Position numbers and translations under genes: made by a program
Shown: positions 1 through 9,696 of the stretch, in pieces
How positions within the stretch are numbered: position 1 is the first letter of the stretch
How the letters are laid out: each line of letters starts with the position of its first letter
NCBI GenBank assembly: GCA_005884685.1
Contig: VBAH01000017.1
Location: forward strand, 147,152 to 211,151
Direction of reading: 5' to 3'
DNA: 64,000 nucleotides
Origin: Alphaproteobacteria bacterium
GTDB taxonomy: Bacteria > Pseudomonadota > Alphaproteobacteria > Rhizobiales > Xanthobacteraceae
Notes under the pieces: generated by a model
What the model saw: only the letters and a program-made list of their open reading frames with translations
Told to the model about the DNA's origin: nothing
The model's database searches: none

Positions 1-123
1 ACCATGCCGCTGGTCACGCCCCTGCTCGCCGCCGCGCAGACACGCGGATGCCGCACGCAGAACGGTCAGCAGATGTTCGACGCGCAGGTCGATTTCATCT
101 GCGATTTCTTATTGGGGAAGTGA
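1..123 (+). CDS. 3' end of a shikimate/quinate dehydrogenase-like gene (partial, continues upstream of window)
   Basis: Frame 1 is open from the window edge to TGA at 121-123. The tail ...TPLLAAAQTRGCRTQNGQQMF... resembles the AroE/YdiB C-terminal pattern TPLL..A...G....G..M. Confidence 0.4.
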   Translation, partial: TMPLVTPLLAAAQTRGCRTQNGQQMFDAQVDFICDFLLGK

Positions 124-126
124 TTT

Positions 127-236
127 CCCTCACTCGTCATGGCCGGGCTTGACCCGGCCATCCCGCTTAGGAAGGCACTTTGCCCACCTTGCCGGGGTCA
201 CCGGGTCTCGCCGCTTCGCGGCGGCCCGGTGATGAC
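127..236. repeat. Two GC-rich hairpin repeats between convergent genes (ATGGCCGGG-CTTGA-CCCGGCCAT and TCACCGGG..GCCGC-TTCG-GCGGC..CCCGGTGA)
   Basis: Perfect 9-bp stem at about 139-165 and a second compound stem at about 198-236. The spurious translation 'KPGHDE' is typical of Bradyrhizobiaceae REP-like units. Likely bidirectional terminator. Confidence 0.6.
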
Positions 237-239
237 GCG

Positions 240-1028
240 TCATCTTGCATCCATCGACGCCACCGGCCGCCAGACCAGCAGGCGCTTCTCGATCACCGTC
301 ACGATCATGTCGATCAGGATCACGAACACGGCCAGCACGAACATGCCGGCGAACACGCCGGCCACATCGAACACGCCTTCGGCCTGCTGGATGATGTAGC
401 CGAGGCCCGCAGCCGAGCCGAGATATTCGCCGACCACCGCGCCGACGACCGCGAAGCCGACGGAGGTATGCAGCGAGGAGAACATCCAGGAGAGCGCCGA
501 GGGCCAATACACATGGCGCATCAGCTGCCGCTCGCTCATGCCGAGCATGCGGGCGTTGGCGAGCACGGTGGGGCTGACTTCCTTCACGCCCTGATAGACG
601 TTGAAGAACACGATGAAGAACACCAGCGTGACGCCGAGCGCGACTTTGGAGGCGATGCCGAGTCCGAACCACAGCGCAAAGATCGGCGCCAGCACCACGC
701 GCGGCAGCGCGTTGAGCATCTTCACATACGGGTCGAACACCGCGTTGATCATCGGCTTGCGTGCGAACCAGAAGCCGATCAGCACGCCGGCGAGCGAGCC
801 GACGACAAAAGCAAGCATCGCCTCGACCAGCGTGATCCACAGATGTTTCCAGATCGTGCCCTCGACAAACCAGCGCACGATGCGCGAAGCGACCTCGAAG
901 GGCGTCGAGAAGAAGAACGGCGGCAGCAGCTTCACGCCGCCGATCGTGTAGGTGGCGAAGATGTGCCAGAAGGCGATGCACACCACCGCGACGAGGATCT
1001 GCAGGGCCAGGAGAGTCCCACGGCTCAT
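240..1028 (-). CDS. ABC transporter permease, NitT/TauT (SsuC/TauC-like) family
   Basis: 262-aa polytopic membrane ORF with the typical EAA-loop region (ANARMLGMSERQLMRHVYWPSAL), adjacent to its ATPase. Confidence 0.85.
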   Translation of the reverse strand: MSRGTLLALQILVAVVCIAFWHIFATYTIGGVKLLPPFFFSTPFEVASRIVRWFVEGTIWKHLWITLVEAMLAFVVGSLAGVLIGFWFARKPMINAVFDPYVKMLNALPRVVLAPIFALWFGLGIASKVALGVTLVFFIVFFNVYQGVKEVSPTVLANARMLGMSERQLMRHVYWPSALSWMFSSLHTSVGFAVVGAVVGEYLGSAAGLGYIIQQAEGVFDVAGVFAGMFVLAVFVILIDMIVTVIEKRLLVWRPVASMDAR

Positions 1029-1031
1029 GAG

Positions 1032-1868
1032 TTACCCTCCCCCCGTCTGCTGATAGCCCTTCATCACCTCGTCCTTCAGTGCTTCCCAGATCTCGCGATG
1101 CAGCTCATGGAACGCGCGCTCGAGCTTCACCTCGCCGATGTCGCGTGGGCGCGCCAGCGGCACGGTCCAGTTGCCGATGATGCGCGCCGCCGGCCCGGCC
1201 GACATGATCACCACGCGGTCGGAGAGCGCGATCGCCTCCTCCAGATCGTGCGTCACGAACAGCACGGCCTTGCGGTCCGCGCTCCACAGGTCGAGCAGCA
1301 GGTTGCCCATGATCTGGCGCGTCTGCGCGTCGAGCGGGCCGAACGGCTCGTCCATCAGCAGGATTTTCGGGTCGCGGATCAGCACCTGGACGAGGCCGAC
1401 CCGCTTGCGCTGCCCGCCGGAGAGCATATGCGGGTAGCGGTTGCCGAAGCCGCCGATGCCGACGCGGCCGAGCCACGTCGTCGCCCGCTCCCGCGCTTGC
1501 GCTTTGGGCGTGCCGGCGATCTCCAGCCCGATCGCGACGTTTTCCGCCGCGGTCTTCCAGGGAAACAGGGCGTCGGCCTGAAACAGGTAGCCGGCCTGCC
1601 GGTTGAGGCCGGCAAGCGGAGCGCCGAAGATCGTCGCCGTGCCGTTCGACGGCGCGATCAGGCCGGCCGCGACGTTGAGCAGGGTCGACTTGCCGCAGCC
1701 GGTCGGCCCGACGATCGCGACGAATTCGCCGTCCGCGACGTCGAGCGTTGCGCGCTGTACGGCGGTGTAGGTGGTGTCGTCGGCGAGCCGGAACGACACC
1801 TGCACGTCATTGAGCGAAACCGCCGGCGCTGCTGTGCTGACCGCGGGCGCGCTTGAACCTGCGGCCAT
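1032..1868 (-). CDS. ABC transporter ATP-binding protein, NitT/TauT family
   Basis: Walker A GPTGCGKST, signature LSGGQRKRV, Walker B LLMDEPFGPLD. Confidence 0.9.
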   Translation of the reverse strand: MAAGSSAPAVSTAAPAVSLNDVQVSFRLADDTTYTAVQRATLDVADGEFVAIVGPTGCGKSTLLNVAAGLIAPSNGTATIFGAPLAGLNRQAGYLFQADALFPWKTAAENVAIGLEIAGTPKAQARERATTWLGRVGIGGFGNRYPHMLSGGQRKRVGLVQVLIRDPKILLMDEPFGPLDAQTRQIMGNLLLDLWSADRKAVLFVTHDLEEAIALSDRVVIMSAGPAARIIGNWTVPLARPRDIGEVKLERAFHELHREIWEALKDEVMKGYQQTGGG

Positions 1869-1920
1869 GCGTTTCCTCTCGTGTGGATGGCATCCCTTGG
1901 GAGCAAGCTAGCAAGGAGTC

Positions 1921-1995
1921 GTAGGTCGGGCAAAGCGAAGCGTGCCCGCCATTTCGCGGGGCGGCGGCCACGCGCTGCGCGCTTTGCCCGCCTAC
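1921..1995. repeat. REP-like inverted repeat, GTAGGNCGGGCAAAGCG family (copy 1)
   Basis: Arms GTAGGTCGGGCAAAGCG / CGCTTTGCCCGCCTAC. Same family as 14377-14473 and 33536-33610. The right arm contains the stop codon of the next CDS. Confidence 0.8.
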
Positions 1996-3647
1996 AGTCC
2001 TTTGATTAATCCCGCGTCGATCAACAGCCGGTTGAACCGGCGCGCCTCGGCGCCGCCATTGCAGCGATAGAACAGTCCGGCGCAACGCTGCAGGATCTTC
2101 TTCTGCTCAGCGAAGGACGGATCGAGCGGGATGCCGGCCGCCTCGAGCACGACCAGCGGCAAGTAGGGCGCGTCGAGCGCATTCACCGCAGAGGACAAGT
2201 CACGCGGCGTGAAGTTGATTGCGTTGACGGCGTAATAGGTCATCAGAAAACGCGGATCGGCGGCCGCGATGCGCCGCCTCAGCATCGAGTCGTCCTGGTC
2301 GGGATCGATCAGGTTGCGGGCAAAATACGGCTGGTGGTCGCCGAAGCGCACCAGCAGAAACCGCTCGTCGGGGAACTCGTTCTTCAGGCGCGCAACGAAC
2401 GCCCGATAGTCGACCGCGCTCAGATGCTGGCGCCGCAGGTACTCGTCGACGTCGGCGCGGTTGCCGGGATCGCGCCACTCGGGTGCGAGATCGGGGCGGA
2501 AGCGGAAGGTCCAGGGAAAATGGTTCTGCGCGGTGTAGACCAGCAGAAACAGCGGAGCCTTGCCGCGCTCTTTCGCGATCGTCGCCGCCGCCTTGTCGAA
2601 ATAGAACGAGTCGGGATCGAGAAAATTCGCTCCGAGCGCCTCGGAATCGAGAAACTGTTGAATGCCCGCGCTCGCCTGGAAATGCCGCGCGCTCAGGAAC
2701 GCGCCATACATCGGGTAAAGCGTGAAGGTCTTGTAGCCGCACTTGCGCAACGTGTGCGGCAGGCCGCGCTCGACCCGTCCCGCCGCGATGCGCGTGACGA
2801 AATCCGCAAATCGCCCATACGAGCGCGCCGAGAGGCCGGTCAGCACGTTGTACTCGGTGAACCAGCTCGGGCCCCCGGCCCCTTCGACCATCAGGCTGCG
2901 TTGCGCGCCGTCATCCGACTTGAAGTGCGCGCCGTAGCCGGCCGGCACCTTCACTCCGGGCACCGCGCGGATATCGAAGCTCGACTCGTCGAACACCATG
3001 ACGATGTGCGGCGGCTTTCCCACCGTGCATGGCGCGGCCGCCGCAGCGGCGAGTTGTTCGGTAACCGCGGCGTCCGATTCCAGCACGCCACGCGTGATGA
3101 GGTCGCCCATCGCGGTGACCCCGGAGCGCGTGAACTTTGAGAAATAGTTCTCGCCGTAGAACTCCTCCCACGGGTCACTCGGGAACGCGAGCGCCAGTCC
3201 AACCAGTCCGACGAGGCAGACGGAGCCGGCCGCCGCCGCCATGCGCCGACGAATGCGAAACGGCTCAAGGTACCAGGCCAGGATCAGCGTGAGAATCAGG
3301 AGGGCGCCCGCGACGGCGGCCTTCACGTCGAGAGACGGAAAAACCCTAAGCACAAACGAGACCGTATCCCGGTCGATGATCATCAGATCGATGAAGTTCA
3401 CCGTCATCAGCAGCACATCGTGCTTGAACCGCGAAACGAGAATGAGAAGCACGAGCCAGGCAAGCGATATGGCAGCCGCCACCGTTGGGCGGCGTAGCAA
3501 CGCGATCCAGCAAAAGTTGAAGAAGCCCCAGGAGAGCAGAAACGCGAGCTTCGGCACTACGGCCGATTCGGTCACGATCAGAATGGCCAGCGCCGCAAGA
3601 TGAAGGAGAACCAGCAACGCCGTACGTCCGAGTTGGCCTCGTCTCAT
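1992..3647 (-). CDS. Membrane-anchored sulfatase/LTA-synthase-like (alkaline phosphatase superfamily) protein
   Basis: Several N-terminal TM helices followed by a sulfatase-type domain (PHIVMVFDESSF..., NHFPW). Start trimmed to MRRGQLGRT at 3647; the maximal ORF reaches 3758. Confidence 0.65.
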   Translation of the reverse strand: MRRGQLGRTALLVLLHLAALAILIVTESAVVPKLAFLLSWGFFNFCWIALLRRPTVAAAISLAWLVLLILVSRFKHDVLLMTVNFIDLMIIDRDTVSFVLRVFPSLDVKAAVAGALLILTLILAWYLEPFRIRRRMAAAAGSVCLVGLVGLALAFPSDPWEEFYGENYFSKFTRSGVTAMGDLITRGVLESDAAVTEQLAAAAAAPCTVGKPPHIVMVFDESSFDIRAVPGVKVPAGYGAHFKSDDGAQRSLMVEGAGGPSWFTEYNVLTGLSARSYGRFADFVTRIAAGRVERGLPHTLRKCGYKTFTLYPMYGAFLSARHFQASAGIQQFLDSEALGANFLDPDSFYFDKAAATIAKERGKAPLFLLVYTAQNHFPWTFRFRPDLAPEWRDPGNRADVDEYLRRQHLSAVDYRAFVARLKNEFPDERFLLVRFGDHQPYFARNLIDPDQDDSMLRRRIAAADPRFLMTYYAVNAINFTPRDLSSAVNALDAPYLPLVVLEAAGIPLDPSFAEQKKILQRCAGLFYRCNGGAEARRFNRLLIDAGLIKGL

Positions 3648-3832
3648 CGAGGCGTCGAACACACGCGTGGTCAGAGAAGCAACGGCGGGGGGCATGACCT
3701 GACACGGCCGCACCCGACACATGCTGAGGTGCGGCCAGGAGACGGTCGGCGTCATCAAACTGTAATAAAAGCGTCATGGCAAGGGCCATGCCGATTCCGC
3801 GCGGGTTCGGCAGGGCGGCTGGTTAACCCCGC

Positions 3833-4219
3833 TCAGGCCGGCGCGGCGACGCTCATCGCATAGGCGGTATCGAAGAAAGTGGTCAGAGAGGCGATCCGCC
3901 CGTCGCGTACTTCGATCAGATCGAGGATGTCCGCCTCGGCCTCCCGGCCGTTTTTCGCACGGAATTTCCCGCGCCAATGCACGACCGCGCGCGGCGGATC
4001 GATGATGCGGCAGTGCTCGTGGAAGCCGATCACCGCGAAGTCCGCGAACATGCCCTTAAGCACATCAAGCCGCTCCGCCTGTCGTTCCGCATGTGGGGCG
4101 CCGTTGACCCCGAACCTCGCATCATCGGCAAACAGTGCGGCAGCTTTCTCGGCATCATTGTTCTGCCGCGCCGCATAGGCCTTGTCCAAGATGGCATCGA
4201 TTGAGGCGCGCATGTCCAT
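3833..4219 (-). CDS. SnoaL-like / NTF2-fold small protein
   Basis: About 128 aa, ...AARQNNDAEKAAALFADDARF...VVHWRGKFRAKNGREAEADILDLIEVRDGRI is typical of the SnoaL_2 fold. Start trimmed to MDMRASID. Confidence 0.6.
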   Translation of the reverse strand: MDMRASIDAILDKAYAARQNNDAEKAAALFADDARFGVNGAPHAERQAERLDVLKGMFADFAVIGFHEHCRIIDPPRAVVHWRGKFRAKNGREAEADILDLIEVRDGRIASLTTFFDTAYAMSVAAPA

Positions 4220-4324
4220 AGCCGGCTCCCTTGCAACCCACGCGGGTAGCATGCCTGAAGGCGCGGCCCGACGCAAAGCGGAGCCGCCCAGCGGGCGACC
4301 CGGTCCAAGCCACAGCGCCGGGGA

Positions 4325-5383
<1,059 letters not shown>

Positions 5384-5453
5384 TCATTTTGTGTGGTGCT
5401 TCTAGGTTCAATGGATCACGGGGACAAGCCCCTATCCAATCGCTAACTCCAGC

Positions 5454-6497
5454 TCATTTCGACGCCGCCGCGAATTGCGGCACCAGTGAGGGCGCGCGAG
5501 CAAATGACGGCATGATCTCGCGCGCGAAACGGCGCAGCTGCTCCCTGCTGCCCCCTGCGATCGTCAGCAGCAGATACTCCGCGCCGGCCCTGTTCAGGGA
5601 TTCGAGCTTGCGGCAGATTTCGTCCGGGGTCCCGTAAAGCGCATTCTCCTCGGTCGCACCGGCTTTGTCCGCGTAGGCTAGGACATGCGAACCCGCCTTG
5701 CCGTCGGGAGCCCGCGACACTGCGACCGTGCGCTGCGTGTATTTGGCGAGCCGTTGCAGCGCGGCTTCCTTGTCCGCCTCGTTCTTCGCGATATAGACCT
5801 GACGGGCGACGGCCCCCTGCATCGGATCGAACGTGTGCCCCCTCGCCTCGCGCTCGGCGCGATAGAGCGCGATGCGCTCGCCGATGGCGTCCGGCGCGGC
5901 GTACTGATCGAGAATGAGATTGAAGGAGCGCGCAGCGGCGCGGCTGATCGACGGCGCGGTTGCGGCCGCAACCCAGATCGGCGGATGCGGGCGCTGCGCG
6001 GTCGGCGGCTCAACCACGATGTCCTCGAACTGCCAGAAACGGCCGTGATGGGAGAAGCGCTCGCGGGTGGTCCAGGCGCGCTGGATGACCTCGATCGCCT
6101 CTTCGAACCGCGCCTCCGCCTCGCCTTGAGGAATGCCGAATCCCTTGAATTCGCTGTGCCGGTAGCCCTTGCCGATGCCGAAATCGAGCCGGCCGCCGGA
6201 GATCAGATCGAGCGTCGCCGCCTGCTCGGCCAGCAAGACCGGGTGATGCCACGGTAACACCGTGACAGCAGTCCCCAGCCGCAACGTCATCGTCCGCATC
6301 GCAAGGCAAGTGAGCAGGGTGAGCGTGGCCGAAACCTGGTTCCAGCCGGTGAAATGGTGCTCGACCGAGAAACTCGAATGGCAGCCGAGCGCCTCAGCCT
6401 CGACGTTGAAGTCGAGATAATCCCGGAAACCCTGGCCGGTTTCCGGACCGAGTTCGTTGTTGTCGGCTTGTGCCGAACAGAGCAGACCGAAACGCAT
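5454..6497 (-). CDS. LLM-class flavin-dependent oxidoreductase (luciferase-like monooxygenase)
   Basis: 347 aa, ...SFSVEHHFTGW...LGTAVTVLPWHHPVLLAEQAATLDLISGGRLDFGIGKGY... Confidence 0.85.
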   Translation of the reverse strand: MRFGLLCSAQADNNELGPETGQGFRDYLDFNVEAEALGCHSSFSVEHHFTGWNQVSATLTLLTCLAMRTMTLRLGTAVTVLPWHHPVLLAEQAATLDLISGGRLDFGIGKGYRHSEFKGFGIPQGEAEARFEEAIEVIQRAWTTRERFSHHGRFWQFEDIVVEPPTAQRPHPPIWVAAATAPSISRAAARSFNLILDQYAAPDAIGERIALYRAEREARGHTFDPMQGAVARQVYIAKNEADKEAALQRLAKYTQRTVAVSRAPDGKAGSHVLAYADKAGATEENALYGTPDEICRKLESLNRAGAEYLLLTIAGGSREQLRRFAREIMPSFARAPSLVPQFAAASK

Positions 6498-6588
6498 CGT
6501 GAGATTCCCGAGCGAGAGCGCCTGGAGATGTTACGTCACTTGAGAAATCACGCGATAGTGGCACGCAATTTCCTCGCGCTTCCCTAGT

Positions 6589-7071
6589 TTAAGATATTTC
6601 TGCCATTTCGAGCGACGCTCTACAAAATTCAATTATGTCGAGTTGTGCTTTCCATTGTTGATTTCCTCGCTCTCCATAAAGCAGGATTTGAGGCTTGTAG
6701 TATTTGATGCCGCCGACTTGTCTCCGGCCCACTGCTAGTACGCCGTCTGCAGTAATAAACTCGATCTTTTGGGCGTGAATTATCTTGTTGCAGGATTCTC
6801 TGAATACAAGTGCTCGCTCCGAGCTACCAAGGGGTTCAAAAAGCAAACCGCAACTCAAGTCCGGCCTATGCGGCAGCGCCTTCCGAGCGCGCTCTTCTAC
6901 TATTCGTAGCATCCCCGCGATGCTCAAGATCAGGTGCTGAACATTTGCGCGAAAATGACGCTCCTCTACTGCCGCCAGAACGCGTCGGTACTTTGCGTCG
7001 TAACGACTGTGGTAAAGGCGCGATCTGGACCAGGAATCTGCGAAAGCGCTTTGCTGGCAAGAAATGTGCAC
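6589..7071 (-). CDS. Hypothetical protein in a low-GC segment (orphan, possibly frameshifted)
   Basis: 160-codon ORF with a GTG start. The local sequence is visibly AT-richer than its flanks. No domain recognised. A 59-codon upstream frame (6966-7145) starts with GTG overlapping the ilvH stop. Confidence 0.45.
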   Translation of the reverse strand: MHISCQQSAFADSWSRSRLYHSRYDAKYRRVLAAVEERHFRANVQHLILSIAGMLRIVEERARKALPHRPDLSCGLLFEPLGSSERALVFRESCNKIIHAQKIEFITADGVLAVGRRQVGGIKYYKPQILLYGERGNQQWKAQLDIIEFCRASLEMAEIS

Positions 7072-7144
7072 AGCAGCTCATAGACCTGCAAAGTGAGTTC
7101 GTCATAGTCGAATTCGTATCCTTGCCTTCCTTCGCGAGGGCTCA

Positions 7145-7702
7145 CTACATCCCCTCCGGCCCACGCGAGATCGCCACCACGCCGGTGCGCGAAACCTCGA
7201 CCAGGCCGAGCGGCAGCATCAGGTTGATGAAGCTTTCGATCTTCTCGCTCGCGCCGGTGATCTCGAAGATGAAGCTCTCGGTGCCGGCGTCGATCACCCG
7301 CGCGCGGAACGCGTCGGCAAGGCGCAGCGCCTCGACGCGATTCTCGCCCTTGCCGCGCACTTTCACCATCGCGAGCTCGCGCTCGATCCCGGGCATCGCG
7401 GAATCCGTCAGGTCCACCACGCGGCGGATCTGCACCAGCCGTTCGAGCTGATGGCGGATCTGCTCGATCACCATCGGGGTCCCGGAGGTGACGATGGTGA
7501 TGCGCGAGAGATGCTTCTCGTGCTCGGTCTCCGAGACAGTGAGACTGTCGATGTTGTAGCCGCGGCCGGAAAACAGCCCGATGACGCGCGCGAGCACGCC
7601 CGGCTCGTTGTCGACGAGGACCGAGAGCGTGTGGCGCTCGATCTTCTCCTTCACCGTCGCGGCCGGATAATGGCTCGCGCTCGCAGGCGTTGCGTTGCTC
7701 AT
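7145..7702 (-). CDS. ilvH: Acetolactate synthase small (regulatory) subunit
   Basis: MSNATPAS...HTLSVLVDNEPGVLARVIGLFSGRGYNIDSLTV... ACT domain. The ATG shares one base with the ilvI stop (TGATG). The 422-aa track ORF is an over-extension. Confidence 0.95.
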   Translation of the reverse strand: MSNATPASASHYPAATVKEKIERHTLSVLVDNEPGVLARVIGLFSGRGYNIDSLTVSETEHEKHLSRITIVTSGTPMVIEQIRHQLERLVQIRRVVDLTDSAMPGIERELAMVKVRGKGENRVEALRLADAFRARVIDAGTESFIFEITGASEKIESFINLMLPLGLVEVSRTGVVAISRGPEGM

Positions 7703-9462
7703 CACACCAGCACCTTGCCGCGTTCGTCGATCGCCTTCGCGATGTCGCCGGCCACGTCGCCGAGCAGCATCTCGTTGTGCGCCTTGCCCGACGGAATCAT
7801 CGGGAAGCAGTTCTCGGCCTGATCGACCATGCAGTCGAAAATCACCGGCTTGTCGACGTCGATCATCTCCTTGATGGCGTGATCGAGATCGCCCGGCTTG
7901 TCGCAGCGGATGCCGTATCCGCGATAGGCCTCGGCGAGCTTGACGAAGTCCGGCAGCGCCGCGGTGTAACTCTCCGAGTAGCGCCCGCCGTGCAACAGCT
8001 CCTGCCACTGCCGCACCATCCCCATGTACTGATTGTTCAGGATGAAGATCTTGATCGGCAGCCGGTACTGCGCGGCAGTCGACATTTCCTGCATCGTCAT
8101 CAGCACCGAGGCTTCGCCCGCGATGTCGATCACCAGCGATTTGGGGTGCGCGAGCTGCACGCCGATCGAGGCCGGCAGCCCGTAGCCCATGGTGCCCAGC
8201 CCGCCGGACGTCATCCAGCGGTTCGGCTCCTCGAACTTGAAGAACTGGGCGGCCCACATCTGGTGCTGACCGACCTCGGTGGTGATGTAGACGTCGCGGT
8301 CCCTGGTCAGCGCGTAGAGCCGCTCGATCGCGTATTGCGGCTTGATCGTCTCGTTCGACTGCCGGTAGGCGAGCGAGTTGCGCGAGCGCCATTTGTCGAT
8401 CTGCTTCCACCACGTGGCGAGGGCCTGCTTGTTCGGCTGTCGCGCTTCGGCGCGCCAGATGCGGATCATGTCCTCCAGCACATGCGCGCAGTCGCCGACG
8501 ATGCCGAGATCGACCTTGACGTTCTTGTTGATCGACGAGGCGTCGATATCGACGTGGATCTTGCGCGAGCCGGGCGAGAACGCATCGATCCGCCCGGTAA
8601 TGCGGTCATCGAAGCGCGCGCCGATGCACAGCATCACGTCGCAGTCGTGCATCGTCCAGTTCGCCTCGTAGGTGCCGTGCATGCCGAGCATGCCGAGCCA
8701 TTGCGGATCGGCGGCCGGATAGGCGCCAAGCCCCATCAAGGTGGAGGTGACCGGAAAGCCGGTCAGCCGCGCGAACTCGCGCAGCAGGTGGCTCGCTTCA
8801 CGCCCGGAATTGATGATGCCGCCGCCCGAATAGATGATCGGACGTTTGGCGTTCGCCAGCATGTCGATCGCGGCCTTGATCTTGTCGAGGTCGCCCTTGA
8901 CCTTCGGCCGGTAGCTTTTCATCGGCACGGCCTTCGGCCCGAGGTAGGTGCCGGTGGCGAACTGCACGTCCTTCGGGATGTCGATCACGACCGGACCCGG
9001 CCGGCCGTTCGCCGCGATGTGGAACGCCTCGTGCAGCACACGCGGCAGATCGTTCACGCTCTTCACCAGGTAATTGTGCTTGGTGCAGGGCCGCGTGATG
9101 CCGACCGTGTCGCATTCCTGGAACGCATCATTGCCGATCAGATGGGTCGGCACCTGGCCGGTGATGCAGACGAGCGGGATCGAGTCCATCAGCGCGTCGG
9201 TCAGTCCGGTCACCGCGTTGGTCGCGCCCGGCCCGGACGTCACCAGCACGCAGCCGACCTTTCCGGTCGTGCGCGCATAGCCTTCAGCCGCATGCACGGC
9301 GCCCTGCTCGTGGCGCACCAGGATGTGCTTGAGCTTGTCCTGCTGGAACATGGCGTCGTAGATCGGCAGGACGGCGCCGCCGGGGTAGCCGAAAATGTAT
9401 TCGACGCCCTGATCGAGCAGGGCCTGGATCACCATTTCGGCGCCGGTCATTTCCTTGGTCAT
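7702..9462 (-). CDS. ilvI: Acetolactate synthase large (catalytic) subunit
   Basis: TPP enzyme motifs (GYPGGAVLPIYDA, GLGTMGYGLPASIG). Start chosen at MTKEMTGAEM with a GGAG RBS; the maximal ORF reaches 9501. Confidence 0.95.
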   Translation of the reverse strand: MTKEMTGAEMVIQALLDQGVEYIFGYPGGAVLPIYDAMFQQDKLKHILVRHEQGAVHAAEGYARTTGKVGCVLVTSGPGATNAVTGLTDALMDSIPLVCITGQVPTHLIGNDAFQECDTVGITRPCTKHNYLVKSVNDLPRVLHEAFHIAANGRPGPVVIDIPKDVQFATGTYLGPKAVPMKSYRPKVKGDLDKIKAAIDMLANAKRPIIYSGGGIINSGREASHLLREFARLTGFPVTSTLMGLGAYPAADPQWLGMLGMHGTYEANWTMHDCDVMLCIGARFDDRITGRIDAFSPGSRKIHVDIDASSINKNVKVDLGIVGDCAHVLEDMIRIWRAEARQPNKQALATWWKQIDKWRSRNSLAYRQSNETIKPQYAIERLYALTRDRDVYITTEVGQHQMWAAQFFKFEEPNRWMTSGGLGTMGYGLPASIGVQLAHPKSLVIDIAGEASVLMTMQEMSTAAQYRLPIKIFILNNQYMGMVRQWQELLHGGRYSESYTAALPDFVKLAEAYRGYGIRCDKPGDLDHAIKEMIDVDKPVIFDCMVDQAENCFPMIPSGKAHNEMLLGDVAGDIAKAIDERGKVLV

Positions 9463-9496
9463 TGGCTTGCTCCAGTCAGTTCTCGGTCCCGCAGGC

Positions 9497-9521
9497 AACA
9501 AAAAAGGGCCTCTGGGGCCCT
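9497..9521 (-). terminator. Intrinsic terminator of the ilvIH leader (attenuator)
   Basis: Minus strand reads AGGGCC-CCAGA-GGCCCT followed by TTTTTTGTT, about 35 nt upstream of the ilvI ATG and downstream of the leader peptide. Confidence 0.7.
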
Positions 9522-9552
9522 GGCACGCACCGCTTCGGTCGCAGGTGGCTGT

Positions 9553-9606
9553 TCAGCCACCCCCGGCGGTGCGCGCGGTAACTACGATAAGAATATTGCG
9601 CAGCAT
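9553..9606 (-). CDS. ilvIH leader peptide MLRNILIVVTARTAGGG
   Basis: 17-codon ORF with a run of branched-chain codons (I-L-I-V-V). Its stop codon lies inside the hairpin GGTGGCT-GAAC-AGCCACC, and the terminator follows. Confidence 0.65.
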   Translation of the reverse strand: MLRNILIVVTARTAGGG

Positions 9607-9635
9607 GGACTTGGCTCGTCATTTACTTGCGTGCG

Positions 9636-9664
9636 CTTATAAGCAGCTCGCGCCGGCTAGGTCA
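9636..9664 (-). promoter_or_regulatory. Candidate sigma-70 promoter of the ilvIH leader
   Basis: Minus strand reads CTTGAC-N17-TATAAG, close to the rhizobial consensus CTTGAC-N17-CTATAT, about 30 nt upstream of the leader ATG. Confidence 0.5.
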
Positions 9665-9696
9665 AGCAGAATTCGGGTCTTTCGGCAAGCCGAAGG

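Noticed and set aside
180-1856. 558-aa + strand ORF, and similar very long ORFs (7690-9642 +, 14314-16086 +, 17766-19112 -, 26901-30083 +, 34744-36129 -, 40070-42433 +, 43943-44950 -, 50871-52868 -, 57023-58900 -, 60376-62484 +)
   Set aside because: Each lies antisense to, or out of frame with, a gene that has clear family motifs. Their translations are Arg/His/Asp/Gly-rich low-complexity strings. These are typical mirror-frame ORFs of high-GC DNA.
2005-2035. FixK/FNR-like TTGAT...ATCAA sequence
   Set aside because: The spacing is 13 nt, not 4, and it lies inside the 3' end of a CDS.
7145-8413. Over-long versions of real genes in the ORF track (for example the 422-aa 'ilvH'; 25621-27756; 28113-29195; 28876-30039; 42216-43451; 43118-45853; 41901-43346; 62560-62919)
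   Set aside because: The extensions overlap upstream genes or repeats and lack homology-like sequence. Conserved N-termini with an RBS or stop-start overlaps indicate later starts, which I used.
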